Source: Mobula birostris
Taxonomy: Eukaryota
Assembly: GCF_030028105.1 (NCBI RefSeq)
Contig: NC_092378.1
Span: forward strand, 21,012,715 to 21,076,714
Length of the DNA stretch: 64,000 nucleotides
Direction of reading: 5' to 3'
A model generated the notes under the pieces. The model had not been told where the DNA came from. It saw nothing but the letters and a program-made list of their open reading frames with translations, and did no database searches. Position numbers and translations under genes: made by a program. Numbering within the stretch: position 1 is the stretch's first letter; every line of letters begins with the position of its first letter. Shown here piece by piece: positions 12,343 through 24,849 of this stretch.

Positions 12343-13959
12343 GTGGTATTTTTTGAAAATATTCTAATGGTCTCACCAATATGCTATCTGGTGCAACTCA
12401 TGACATGTACGTGTGCACAGCTCAGATGTTGTTTTGGATCACTGACAGCTCTCATCACACCCAAATTGTGGAGACTAATAAGTTCAGCTTCAAGACTTCA
12501 ACCCACAGTTTCATCTTGTTTCCCCAGTCCAGTTAGCCACTGATCTTAGCTTGAGTCTCTTCTGGTCAGAACTGGTTTAATGTGTCCACACTGAATACTC
12601 ATTCTCTGATTGGTCATTGGTCAGTGGTCACGACTGGTTACATAAAATGTTCATCTCATTCACCAAGTCAGGCTTTTTTTTACTGTTTCTCTGGTACTAT
12701 CGTCCTGTGACTTTGCTGCAAGTAAGTGTTTCACTGCACCTGTGCTTACATATATGATAATAAACCCGGGTCAGAGTTGCACAGCATGGAAACAGGTCCT
12801 TTGGCCCATCTTGTATATACTAACCCCTTGCATTAATTCCATATCTGTTTATCTGCTGCTTATTCAAGTACCTGCCAAGATGCCTCATAAATGTTGTTTA
12901 TTCCATTTAATTTACTTCATTTTATTTGGAGACGTGGATGGAACAGGCTCTGCCAGACCACCAAGCCACACTGCCTAGCAACCCATTGACTTAACCCCAG
13001 CCTAATTACAGGACAATTTACAATGACCAATTAACCTGTACATCTTTGGACTGCGGGAAGAAATTGGAGTATCCAGAGGAAACCTACGCATACACACACA
13101 AGACAAACATACAAACTTTCTTACAGAGGAGGCTGGAATCAAACTCCGAACTCCAGCACCCCAAGCTGTAATAGTGTTGTGCTAACCATTATGTTGCTTC
13201 TGTTTCCATCACTTCTGGCAGCTTATTCCGGATCACAGCTCTTCTTTGTGTGGAAAACTTAGCCCTCTGATTCCCCTTAAATCTCCTCCCTCTCACCTTA
13301 AACCAACGCCTTTTAGTTAGAAAACAGATTCTGTTTATCTATGTTTCCTATGTCACTCATAGTTTTCTAAATCTGCATCATCACATCTCATCTTTCTGTT
13401 CTTCTTTTGTGTTAAAGGTTTTAAGATAATAGTTATCAGATTACAGGCTGGAACTACATTTTTTGGGTGTGTTTGCAGCTTAAGAGAAATAAAAATTGAA
13501 GGGATGGGCAAAGCAGAGAAAAAGCATTGTATTTAAAAATTAGGAGGGCTGGACAATTAATAGATTCTGTTTGCTATAGAATTTGGTAAGCTACATTTGG
13601 CTAATGAGTCAAATTTGTTTCTCTGGATGTATACTGACCAAAACAAGTCTTAAACTTGAAGTTACCTTGGGCAGAATATGTTGACGTTTCTTGTGCCAGT
13701 CACTGTGTCATTTAGCGGGCGTCAGGGGCCAGAGAACAGATGATATTGGTGGGCTGGGGGGGGGGGGGTCTGGACTATATATATGGTTAAATGACAATTA
13801 AATGAATTAAATTGTAATGTTGTGACTTAATAATCCTTTAAATCTGATTATTCAAACTGATAACAAAATACATGTGAGCTCCATGGTATTCACTTCAGTT
13901 TTCCTGGCACGCATACTAAAAAAATGTAGTTGTTTGAGTAAATGCCACAAGAGAAGTCA

Positions 13960-14235
13960 CCTCCCCACTTCCCACTTCATCCCCCTCCTGTACCCTACCT
14001 TCTCCCTCATCTTGCTTCACCTATCACTTTCTAGCTTGTACTTCTTCTCCTGCCACCAACTTCTTACTCTGGCGTTTTTTGCCTTCCTTTCCAGTCCTGA
14101 TGAAGGGTCTTGGCCTGAGCTGTTGACTCTATTCCTTTCCTTAGAAGCTACCTGACCTGCTGAGCTCTTCCAGCATTTTGTGTGTTTGTGTCTTACTCTG
14201 GGTTTCTAGCATCTGCAGAACCTCTTGTGTTTATG
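13960..14235 (+). mobile_element. Penelope-like terminal repeat
   Basis: ccagtcctgatgaagggtcttggcctgagc (CTGATGA at 14097, GAAA box mutated). Similar copies at 16545-16685 and 39000-39080. Confidence 0.8.
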
Positions 14236-14489
14236 TGTTAATTTTATCTGTCTGCCAATTAATTAAACAATTGATATTACTAGTCCAATTTCACAAATGA
14301 TTTCATATTACGTCAAACTGGAGTTACTAATGTCCAAAGGAAGAATATATTGTCTTTTACATCTTCAAGTTATACCATGTTGTTTCATAATCATTAAATT
14401 TATTTAAATGTCATTTAATGTCAAAGAGCAACTGAACTTCACATAGCAAAGTTACATATCATACATGTGATATGTGACCCTTCTGGTTT

Positions 14490-15590
14490 AAGATGGCACT
14501 AGTGAAGCACAGTGATAACTTCTGGGTAGCAAGCAAAACAAAAATTACTTTATTAATCACACTTTTTTCTCAGATATGAACACTGCAATCAACAGCCTGT
14601 AACTTCCCTTTAGGAGTTGAACTGTTGAATTGCCTGTACGACCTGGCATTTTTGCGGTGTGAACTGAAGTCTTGGAAGTGCCGGACAGTTGTGGTGTGGT
14701 GTGTACGGGTCAAATTGAGGCAGTTTGGCCCAGGCCTGAGAGCAGGGAATGAACCACTGTTTGGCCATTGCTGGAGCAGACTTGAAGGCAATTTGATGCG
14801 ACAGAACTGAGGCGAGGCAAGTGGAAGCGACACAGGGTTGAGGCAGCACAGCCTGGGCCCAAGAGCAGGGAAAGACCCAAGGTTTTATCGATTTAGTGCT
14901 GGGCCAAATTGGAAAGACTTGGTATGGGCCAAATCGAAATGGTGGGGCCCCGAGCTCGAGAGTGTATCAAAGTGGCAGGGACCAGGTCAGAGAGGAAGTG
15001 ACAACCTGATGTTTGTCCAATTTAAGTGCCAGGCCAGATTGAAAAGGTCAGGGTGTTAGAGCTGAAAGTGAGAGACGGGCCATCTCAGCTCACTGCTCCA
15101 TGAGGTTTACTCATCTCTGTGTTGAATTGAAGCTGTGACCCCTGAACCGGTTGCAATGTTGACTGGCTTTGTGGCTGTGGACTCATTTTTGTGAACTTCA
15201 GTTCTGAATGTTATACCGTTGCCAGCAGCCCATTCCACACACTCACCATTCCCTGCATAAAAAAAACTTACCGCTGACATCTCCTTTGAGACTTTTGGAT
15301 AGGTACATGGAACTTAGAAAAATAGAGGGCTATGGGTAAACCAAGTAATTTCTAAGGTAGGGACATGTTCGGCACAGCTTTGTGGGCCAAAGGGGCTGTA
15401 TTGTGCTGTAGGTTTTCTAGGTTTCTTACTTTTACTGTTTACTCAATTTGTATTTTTTTCTGCACATTGGGTCTTTTTTTTAAATAGGTTCTAATGGGTT
15501 TCTCTGTTTTGTGCTGCCTGTTAGGAGGCAAATCTCAAAGTTGTGTACAGTATATACTTTGATAATAAATGTACTTTGAACTTTGATACA
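14490..15590 (+). mobile_element. Non-autonomous element with AAGATGG head and (actttga)n Rex1-like tail
   Basis: Starts aagatggcactag and ends gataataaatgtactttgaactttga. Contains a CR1 insert at 15216-15426. Confidence 0.65.
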
Positions 15591-16184
15591 TATGACTAGT
15601 TGACTTCCTTTGCCAGATCTGGTGAATAACTTAACTGTCAGCCATTAGGAAATGGCATAAAATAGTTGTGATTGTGATATAACATAGAAAAGTACTTAAC
15701 TGTAAAATATACGCAAGTAATGATCAGCAATCTAATATGGAAACCTTGCTAGGATGTGAAATAGACCATAATGTTCTTTTCACACCATTTCATTTAAAAA
15801 ACCTTTACCATGCAGAAGTTCCAAAGTGGAAGTGGTTCCAGATGAACTCATCAAGGATAATTAATGGACATGATTATTAAAGTTCATTAATTGTCTCAAC
15901 ATGAATTTCTTGAAAAAAGTACTCATTCATTATCTTTCAAAATGTCTATAGGCAAAACATAATTAGAAAACTGCAGTTTAATTTGTTTCTTTATTTTTGC
16001 AATTTAAAACTACTGTTATTAGCTTAATGAGATGTTCTTTAGAACATGTTAAACATGGCATGAAACAGCTCCTCAGGTGGTTTTCTTTCCCTCTTTCTGG
16101 TCCCTATCACACACTCAGCAATAGTGAAAGCAGAGGAATCTTTGTCATTACTTTTTAAATGAGACTTCATTTAAATGTCATTAC

Positions 16185-16310
16185 CTGCTGATTGTAATAG
16201 CTCTCTCTCAATTACTGATGCTGCAAGAAGATTGTGATGATAGACTAGTGGTGATATAAACCTCGATCATTTCCCAAGATCTGGGTCAATTAATCCATTC
16301 TTCCACCTGC
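16185..16310 (-). pseudogene. Candidate pseudo-exon (126 nt, phase 1-1)
   Basis: attattttag|...cag|gtaatg. Reads RWKNGLIDPDLGK*SRFISPLVYHHNLLAASVIERELLQSA, with a single TGA. Confidence 0.6.
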
Positions 16311-17629
16311 CTAAAATAATTAAGACATCTAAACTTTCATAGAACGCATACAAGTACAACTAAAGTGCGAAATATTCTGCATCTGGGCATCATCCACTGC
16401 CCATTTGGATATCCTCTTATTTAATTTCTTTCACCGATAGTACAAACAAAACAGCCCATTATGACAGAGGATATACTTGCTAATTAAGGTCACTGAGATA
16501 TTGATAGTAGGATTGGTTTCTGCCTTTACCAGTTAGACATTAAGAAGTCCTGAAGAATGGTCTCAGCCTGAAACGGCAGCTGATTATTCATTTCCATAGA
16601 TGCTGCCTGACCTGCTGGGTTCCTGCAGCATTTTGTGGGTTTTGCTTTAGATTTCCAGCATCTGCAGACTTTCTCATGTTTAGTCATTAATTCATGACTG
16701 GGTTGAGTGTGGGAAGAGATAACTGTAGCAGAAATGAAACCCAGCTTATTTTGATTTCACAGAAATTGCACTCTCACTATTTATCCCCACTTTTCAGGAT
16801 TAAAGCATCATCAACAAAGCCAGCATTTACTGTCTTTCCTTAATTCACCTTGAGAATGCAGTCGCATGCCGCCTTCTGGAACACTCAGGCCCACTGCAAG
16901 TTTCAGACAACAAATGCCTCACTTAGTATGGTACGTATGCACAAGTGAACTCGGGCACAGGAGCGCTTTCCCGCTGCTTCCCTCCTGTCTTGTCACCCAC
17001 ACTCCTAGATGCACTCTGGTTGCCAACACATCAAGTAGGTATAAGCCTGGAGCTGTGAGTCTGATAAATGGCCAGACTTGCAAGTTGGTGAGAAGTAGTT
17101 TACATTTCCATTTGCCCCAAACCCTTGGTCTGACATTCCCCATCAAAATCAACAGGTCCTGTTCCAGATTCAGTTTAGGACAGGACTCATGTGGTGATTC
17201 TCTGGTGCAGTGTTATGGAATCCTGGTAAGTCAGTCTGCAGCACTGGATTGCAGCAGCAAAGTGAGAGATGAGTGCCTTTGAATCTGGTGGAGGCCGTCA
17301 GCTTCTGCCGATAACAATTGCACCAGGGCCTCTGTGGCTGAAGTTGTTCCTCTTTTCATTTTCCCTTCTTGTCAGAGGTAATGCAACTACAATAACTTGT
17401 GTGAGAATATAATGCCTACACACTCAAAAATGAAACACCAAGAATCCTGGAAATCGGAATTAAAACCAATAAATACTGGAAATGAGCTGATTGAAACATT
17501 TCACATGAAAGGTCATTGACCTGAGTAATTAATTCTCTTTTCCCTTCTCCACAGAAGCTGCATGACATGATGAACACTTCCAACATTATCAGGATAGGTC
17601 ATAGAATACACGCATGCTCAAATACAATA

Positions 17630-18660
17630 TTCAAAGTTCAAAGTACATTTATTATCAATCTATGTAAACTGTATACCTGTACAACCTTGAAATTCATCTT
17701 CTTGCAGGTAGCCGCAAAACAAAGAAACACAATGGAACCCATTAGAAGCCCCCATCAAACCTCAATGTGTGAGAAAAAGAAATCATGGAAACAATAACAA
17801 AACTAAACAGATAACACATAGAATATCAACAGCAGAGTCCCCGAAAGTGAATCTGCAGCTATGGATCCAGTTCGGTGCTGAGGCGAGAGAAGCCAATGCG
17901 GACCCCAATGGCTGCAGGCCATAGCCACAGAGCCAGTTCAGTGCAGAGGCAAGTACTGATAGTTGCACACAGTCAGTTCAGTGTTGAAGTGAGTGAACCT
18001 CATGGAGTAGTGAACCGAACACCTGTTTGTCCTTTGCGCTCAGCCTTGACGCCTTGATCAATTGCACAAATAGTAAACAAAAGTAAACAAAAATACATGG
18101 AGCATGAAAGCAGAGACCCCGAAAGTGAGTCCGCATCTGCAGAGCAAGTGAAGCCTGTCCAGGAGTCTGGTGACTGGAGGGCACAACTGCTTTTGAACCT
18201 GGTGATATGGGACCCAAGACTTCTATCCCTCCCGCCCAACAGTAGTAGTGAGGAGAAAGGGAGACTGGTCAAAAATGTAGGCAGATGATGCTGAGCACTT
18301 GTTTGGGTTTCCTCTCTCGTCCTTGACAATTTTAATATTGTTTGATGCTTTAATTGGCGGGGAGTAATGGAGCCAATCACAGATTCGTCTTCCACCATCA
18401 GGCCTTGACGCAGTGTCCAGCCCCAGTGATGGCCATCCTGGCCACACCTGCACTCTCAAAAGTCTAATTCACCAAATCATTCAGGCATTCGCAAAAGCAC
18501 CAGATCATTTAATTGGTTGAAAAGAACATCGTTAAAAGTGAAATTACAGGGAGCAGACCACAGTGATTGCAGATCAGACGGAGTATATCTACCAGAATAT
18601 CTAGTAGTTTTGTGAGCTGTCTGCAAAACGTCACCATTGATCTCTGGCACCATCTTGCAT
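17630..18660 (-). mobile_element. Related non-autonomous element
   Basis: Left end ttcaaagttcaaagtacatttattatcaa is the reverse complement of the tail. Right end reads caagatggtgccag on the minus strand. A 5'-truncated relative lies at about 32540-33200 (-). Confidence 0.65.
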
Positions 18661-18979
18661 CAACACAATTAGACTGACTGGACTGTCTTGACGACCCCTC
18701 ACTGGTGAAGTGAACCTGGTGCCTTTCTTTACTCATGCAGTACAACACAAGCATCCATTCTGATCAGAATATTACAAAATTACAATATTGCAAAACAAAA
18801 GAGAAACCATTTTTTCCATCATGCCTGCAGCAATTCATTCAAAAAGATGTTTAGTTAGTTTCACAACTCTGATTCTTCCCCCCCGCCCCCCAAAGTTTGT
18901 AGTGACTTTCTTTCTCCTCTCGTCTCTGAACTCAACTAATGAGTTTGATTCTATGATCATTTCAGGCAGAGCTATTTAC

Positions 18980-21172
18980 ATATATTTGGTTCAAAAAGCA
19001 GTGAATTTTGTCACTGATATTTGGCAAGAAATAAGCAGTAATAATAATTCAGAACTGTTTCGGTCGCTGGTTTCAAGCATTCAGACTTGGAGATGCAGGA
19101 AATGGCCCTGAGTAAAAATAAAATGATTTTCCTACTACAAAGATTGTGAAGGTATCAACAATCATCTTGAATATTACAATGAAAATGAAGACTTGGAAGA
19201 TGCAATCATTGATAGCATTGTATGAAGGCAGTCCATTACCTACACTAAGTGTCGATGTTGATTTCATTTACTTACGATATTGTCAATCAAAAGAACACAG
19301 CAGTGTACACTGGATTAATTCCTCTGTTGATAACTATTAGGAAATAATTCAGAGTTTTATAGTATAGTAGTAGATTGGTCTATTTTGTTCTATATTTTAT
19401 ATAAATACATAATTTGTTAGACAGTTGTATGGCAGTTTGTCTTTTTTATAAATTTTTAACCTATCTTCATGAAGCTTGAATTGGGACAGCCGCTTAATTG
19501 GACAAAAATGTATTGGTCCCAATGTGTCCCAATTAACTGGAATCCACTGTGTATATACTGTATGTATTTTTTTGCCTAATCGTTGACATGATTGCTAATT
19601 GCAGGCACCATGACTGGCACTGTCTGTTGGCTTAGCACCTTTAGTGAGTAGCCAATGCCATATAAAGCCTGCCTGACCTATTTAAAGTCATCCTAATTAC
19701 TTCAAACCATCCTACTTTACAAAACACCAGCCTGCATTCATTAAGGATAAATGAAATCCAAAAAAAATCCCAATGCTGAAAATCTGAAATGGAAACTAAA
19801 TCTTGGAAAAACTCTGCAGGTGAAATAATGTCTATAGAATGAAAAACAGTTAAAAATTCTGGGTCTTCTAATTTATTGCCATTTCTTTCCACGGAAGGCC
19901 AACTTTGAAAAAGTTTTCCTTTGTAGTTCTGATTAAAATGTTAATGTTCTATTTTTTTTATCAGCAAGATGCTACCTGGCCTGTTGAATTTTCCAGGAGT
20001 TTCTGGGTTTGTTTCAATGACAAATACAATATATCACCCAAATGCTTAACTATTACACTTCCCTCTCACATACATGCCACTACTGTTAGAAGCAATAAAG
20101 CAGTAAGGGCAAGCACCACTTCATGACGTGGAACATTGTAACATTGGAACAGCTGCTGGTATCTGCTCCCTTTGTTGCAGGAGCAATCTCTCACTCCCTC
20201 GCTGGTGAGACAGAGCCTGAAGTGCTGGGTTATGCACCATAGTTTTTGATTGACTCTACAGTAATATTTCGAACAGTCAGTTCAGTGAAGCTTGTTCATT
20301 GTTAACGATGTCAGGCATCCGTTCAACAAAACTTTGGGATGCCCTGGTATCATAGCAGTTAGCAAAGTTTTATTACGGCACCAGTGACTGGAGGTCATTT
20401 TTGCTGCTGGCTGTAAGGAGGTTGTCCACTTTCTCCGTAACTTCATGGGTTTCTTCTGGATGCTCCAGCTTTCTCCCACATTCAAAAATACACTTGTGAC
20501 TCAGTGAACTGGCAATGAGTGTAATTGGGTGGCACAGACTCATTGGGCTGGAAGAGCCTCTTATTATGCTGTATTGCTAAATAAAATAAGATAAAACCTT
20601 TCTCTGAAGAAATGTCCATAGTTTTCCCACTCATTAAATGATTAAAAATCATCTTCAATCATTTCACATGTCTAAAACAATGAAGCAATAAAACAATGAC
20701 AGAAAATCGACCGCTGTAGATAAACCTAAGTAAAAAAAGATGTGCTGATAAGATTAAATACTGTGGTAAAAGTAATATTTCTGAATATTTTGCATTTTAA
20801 AGTAGCTAGGAAATCTGAACTGCATTCTGGGGATCTCTTTTAAGTATTTTCCCAAATGTTTTGTTTCACTGTTGTCAGTTTCAAAAGTGATTACAGCCAG
20901 AAGTTATAATTACAGTTAATTCTATTATTTCCACTGATGTATGTTATACCTATGTTATGATGTACTTCAGCATTTTGTTACCAACACTGGCACTTTATCA
21001 CAAGGTTTTTATGGAATAAGACTCTGATTTGAAGGGTTATTGTTGGACCACAAAACCTAAATTTAAAACAGGTTTCCGGAATTCCATACCCTGGGCAATT
21101 AATTAGTCTCAGTTCAATACTGAGAAGCAGATTGTTTGTGATCAAGTATTGCTCACTCAGAAGCTCTAAATT
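18980..21172 (-). pseudogene. Three candidate pseudo-exons (20982-21172, 19276-19333, 18980-19107)
   Basis: Acceptors tatttttcag, cctaatag and tttttactcag. Donors gtaaca, gtaagt and gtaaat. The first has an open frame NLELLSEQYLITNNLLLSIELRLINCPGYGIPETCFKFRFCGP. Confidence 0.5.
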
Positions 21173-21264
21173 CTGAAAAATATGAAGTTGCACAGCCACA
21201 GTTGAACAACAATTTTCACTGATAAATTTTTAACTAAGTTCTCACTTACTCCTTAATTTAGATT

Positions 21265-23085
21265 CATAGAGTCAAAGGGAAATACAGGACAGAAACAGGC
21301 CCTTCAGCCCATCTAGTCCATGCTGAAACCACTTAAACTACCTACTCCCATCAACCTGCACCAGGACCATATCCCTCCATACCCTATCCAATCTTCTCTT
21401 AAATGTTGAAATTGAGTTCACATGAACCACTTGTACTGGCAGCTTATCCAATACTCTCACGACCCTCTGAGTGAAGAAATTTCCCCTCATGTTCCCCTTA
21501 AACTTTTCACCTTTCACCCTTAATCCATGATCTCTGGTTGTAGCCCCACCCAACCTCAGTGGAAAGAGCCTGTTTGCATTAACCCTCATATTTTGTATAC
21601 CTCTATCAAATCTCCTTCTACATTTGAAGGAATACAGAGCTAACCTATTCAACCTTTCCTTATAGTGCAAGTCCTCCAGACCCAGCAACATCCTTGTAAA
21701 TTTTATCCGTACTCTTTCAACCTTGTTTACATTTTTCCTGTATGTAGGTGACCAAAACTCTATATTAGGCCTCAATGTCTTATACAACTTCAGCATCTCC
21801 TGTACTCAATACATTGATTTATAAAGGCCAATGTACCAAAAGCTTTCTTTACAACCCTATCTAACCATGACACCACTTTCAATGAATCATGGACCTGTAT
21901 TCGCAGATCACTTTGTTCTATCACGTTCCTCGGTGCCCTGCTGTTCACTGTGTATGATGTACCCTGGTTGGTCCCACCAAAGTGGAAAACCTCGCAATTG
22001 TCTGCATTAAATTCCATCTGCCATTTTCAGCCCATTTTTCCAGCTGATTTAGATTACCCTACAAGCCATGATACCCTTCCTCGCTGTCCACTATACCCCC
22101 CAAATCTTGGTGTAATCTTCAAATTTGCTGATCCAGTTGACCACATTATCATCCAGATCATTGATATAGATGACAAGCAACAAAGGACCCAGCACCAATC
22201 CCTATGGCACACCACTAGTCGCAGGCCTCTAGTTAGAGAGGCAACCATCTACTACCACTCTTTGGCTTCTCCCACAAAGCCAATGTCTAATCCAATTTAC
22301 TATCTCATCTTGAATGCTGAGTCAATGAACCTTTATATCCAGCATCCCAGGTGGTCCTTGTCAAATGCCTTGCTAAAGTCCATATGGACAACATCCACTG
22401 CCTTGCCTGCATCCACTTTCCTGGGAACTTTTTGAAAAACTCTAAAAGATTGGTTAGACATGATCTACCATGCACAAAGCTATGCTGACTACCCCTAATC
22501 AGTCCATAGTCTATCCAAATACTTTTATATCCATTCCCTTAGAGTACCTTCCAGTAACTTTCCCACAAATGATGTCAGATTCACTGGCCTATAACTCCTT
22601 GGTTTATGTTTAGAGCCTTTTTTCAAACAGCGGAACAACATTGGCTATCCTCCAGTCATTTGGTACCTTTCCTGTCACTAAGGATAATTTAAATATCTCT
22701 GCCAGGGCCCTGGCAATTTCTGCATTTGTCTCCTGTAGGGTCTGAGGGAGCACCTTGTCAGGCCCTGGGGATTTGTCCACCCTGATTTGCCTCAAGATAG
22801 CAAACACCTCCTGCTCTGTAATCTGTACAGGGTCCACAAAATCGATAGTGCTTTGCCTCTCTTCTATAGACTCTGTGTCTGTCTCCTGAGTAAAGACAGA
22901 TGCAAAGAGTGCATTTAAGATTGCCCCCATCTGTTTTGGCTGTACACATGGATTATCATTCTGGTCTTCCAGAGGACCAATTTTGTCCCTTGCAAGCCTT
23001 TTGCTCTTAACATATCTGTAGAAAACCTTAGGATCCTCCTTCAAGTTGTCTGCCAGAGCAACTTCATGCCTTCTTTTAGCCCTCC
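21265..23085 (-). mobile_element. 5'-truncated CR1 LINE
   Basis: ORF pieces KVFYRYVKSKR, KSPGPD, WRIANVVPLFEK, EFNADNCEVFHFG and FFTQRVV. Confidence 0.93.
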
Positions 23086-23198
23086 TGAAAACTTTCTGTT
23101 GATAGTGCACCATAATTTTACTTGTTTTAAAATTAATAGTAGTAAAACTAAAGCCAATCCTGTCATCAAAAGTCATACAAGATTTTTGGCCAGCTTAC

Positions 23199-23542
23199 AC
23201 CTAAATCGCAGTTGCACCCATCACAACCATGGCGATAGTAACAGAATGGGTACTTTATTTGGCTGGTAATCTGGGGTGATGGGTTCAAATGGGGATGGAC
23301 GATGAACACTGGGATTATAAGTAACAGCTCCTTCACATAAATAGGTTAAAATAGCCTCTTTGGATAAGGTATCAGAGAAACAATCTATGTTCTGGCATGA
23401 GACTTCAATGTCCAACACCAAAAATAGCCCCATAATTCCATCAAAGACTGAATTGGTCAAGTCATATGGCATTTTGTGAGAAAAACATATTGACCTGTCT
23501 TTACCAACCTTACGTCCTGATGCAAATGTCAGTGACAGCCAG
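23199..23542 (-). pseudogene. Best-preserved pseudo-exon
   Basis: cttgttctag|...t|gtaagc. About 106 stop-free codons from the acceptor: WLSLTFASGRKVGKDRSICFSHKMPYDLTNSVFDGIMGLFLVLDIEVSCQNIDCFSDTLSKEAILTYLCEGAVTYNPSVHRPSPFEPITPDYQPNKVPILLLSPWL*. Confidence 0.7.
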
Positions 23543-23611
23543 CTAGAACAAGTTACACATTCACATAGAAGACACCCTTCACCCTACCACTCTGAAAGCT
23601 ATGGATTTAAA

Positions 23612-24730
23612 AAACATAGAAAATAGAAAATAGGTGCAGGAGTAGGCCATTCGGCCCTTCGAGCCTGCACCGTCATTCAGTATGATCATGGCTGATCATC
23701 CAACTCAGACCCCTGTACCAGCCTTCCCTCCATACCCCCTGATCCCTTTAGCCACAAGGGCCATATCTAACTCACTCTTAAATATAGCCAATGAACTGCC
23801 CTCAACTGTTTCCTGTGGCAGAGAATTCCACAGATTCACCACTCTCTGTGTGAAGTTTTTCCTAATCTCGGTCCTAAAAGGCTTCCCCTTTATCCTAAAA
23901 CCGTAACCCCTCATTCTGGACCCCCCCCCCAACATCGGGAACAATCTTCCTGCATCTAGCTTGTCCAATCCCTTTAGGATTTTATACGTTTCAATCAGAT
24001 CCCCCTTCAATCCAACGAGTATAAGCTTAGTTCATCCAGTCTTTCATCATATGAAAGTCCTGCCATCCCAGGAATCAATCTGGTGAACCTTCTTTGTACT
24101 CCCTCTATGGCAAGGATGTCTTTCCTCAGATTAGGGGACCAAAACTGCACACAATACTCCATGTGTGGTCTCACCAAGGCCTTGTACAACTGCAGTAGTA
24201 CCTCCCTGCTCCTGTACTCGAATCCTCTTGCTATAAATGCCAGCATACCATTCGCCTTTTTCACCGCCTGCTGTACCTGCATGCCCACCTTCAATGACTG
24301 GTGTATAATGACACCCAGGTCTCGTTGCACCTCCCCTTTTCCTAATCGGCCACCATTCAGATAATAATCTGTCTTCCTGTTTTTGCCACCAAAGTGGATA
24401 ACTTCACATTTATCCACATTAAATTGCATCTGCCATAAATTTGCCAACTCACCTAACCTATCCAAGTCACCCTGCATCCTCTTAGCATCCTCTTTATGGC
24501 TAACAGTGCCGCCCAGCTTCGTGTCATCTGCAAACTTGGAGATGCTGCATTTAATTCCCTCATCCAAGTCATTAATATATATTGTAAACAACTGGGGTCC
24601 CAGCACTGAGCCTTGCGGTACCCCACTAGTCACTGCCTGCCATTCTGAAAAGGTCCCGTTTATTCCCACTCTTTGCTTCCTGTCTGCCAACCAATTCTCT
24701 ATCCACATCAATACCTTACCCCCAATACCG
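23612..24730 (-). mobile_element. Young 5'-truncated CR1 LINE
   Basis: About 240 intact codons including SGVPQGSVLGP and KFADDTKLGG, one small deletion near 24008, and an (atagaa) tail. Confidence 0.96.
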
Positions 24731-24765
24731 TTATTACGATATTTGGAACAAATATCGTAGCTCAC

Positions 24766-24813
24766 AACAGTGCATCCTCGAAAGAATGTGGGTCATCAGG
24801 TGGCAACAGCCAT
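24766..24813 (-). pseudogene. 48-nt candidate pseudo-exon between two CR1 copies
   Basis: ttgtctcag|...gtt|gtgagc. WLLPPDDPHSFEDAL joins in phase 2 to the long open frame of 23199-23542. Confidence 0.6.
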
Positions 24814-24849
24814 CTGAGACAAGCTGTAATGTTGATTAAAAAATAAAAT

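Noticed and set aside
16866-17282. 138-aa plus-strand ORF
   Set aside because: No recognisable domain or supporting splice context, and it begins in old repeat-like sequence.
22610-24765. 188-aa and 252-aa ORFs as novel fusion proteins
   Set aside because: They are truncated CR1 ORF2 pieces with a few flank codons read in frame by chance.
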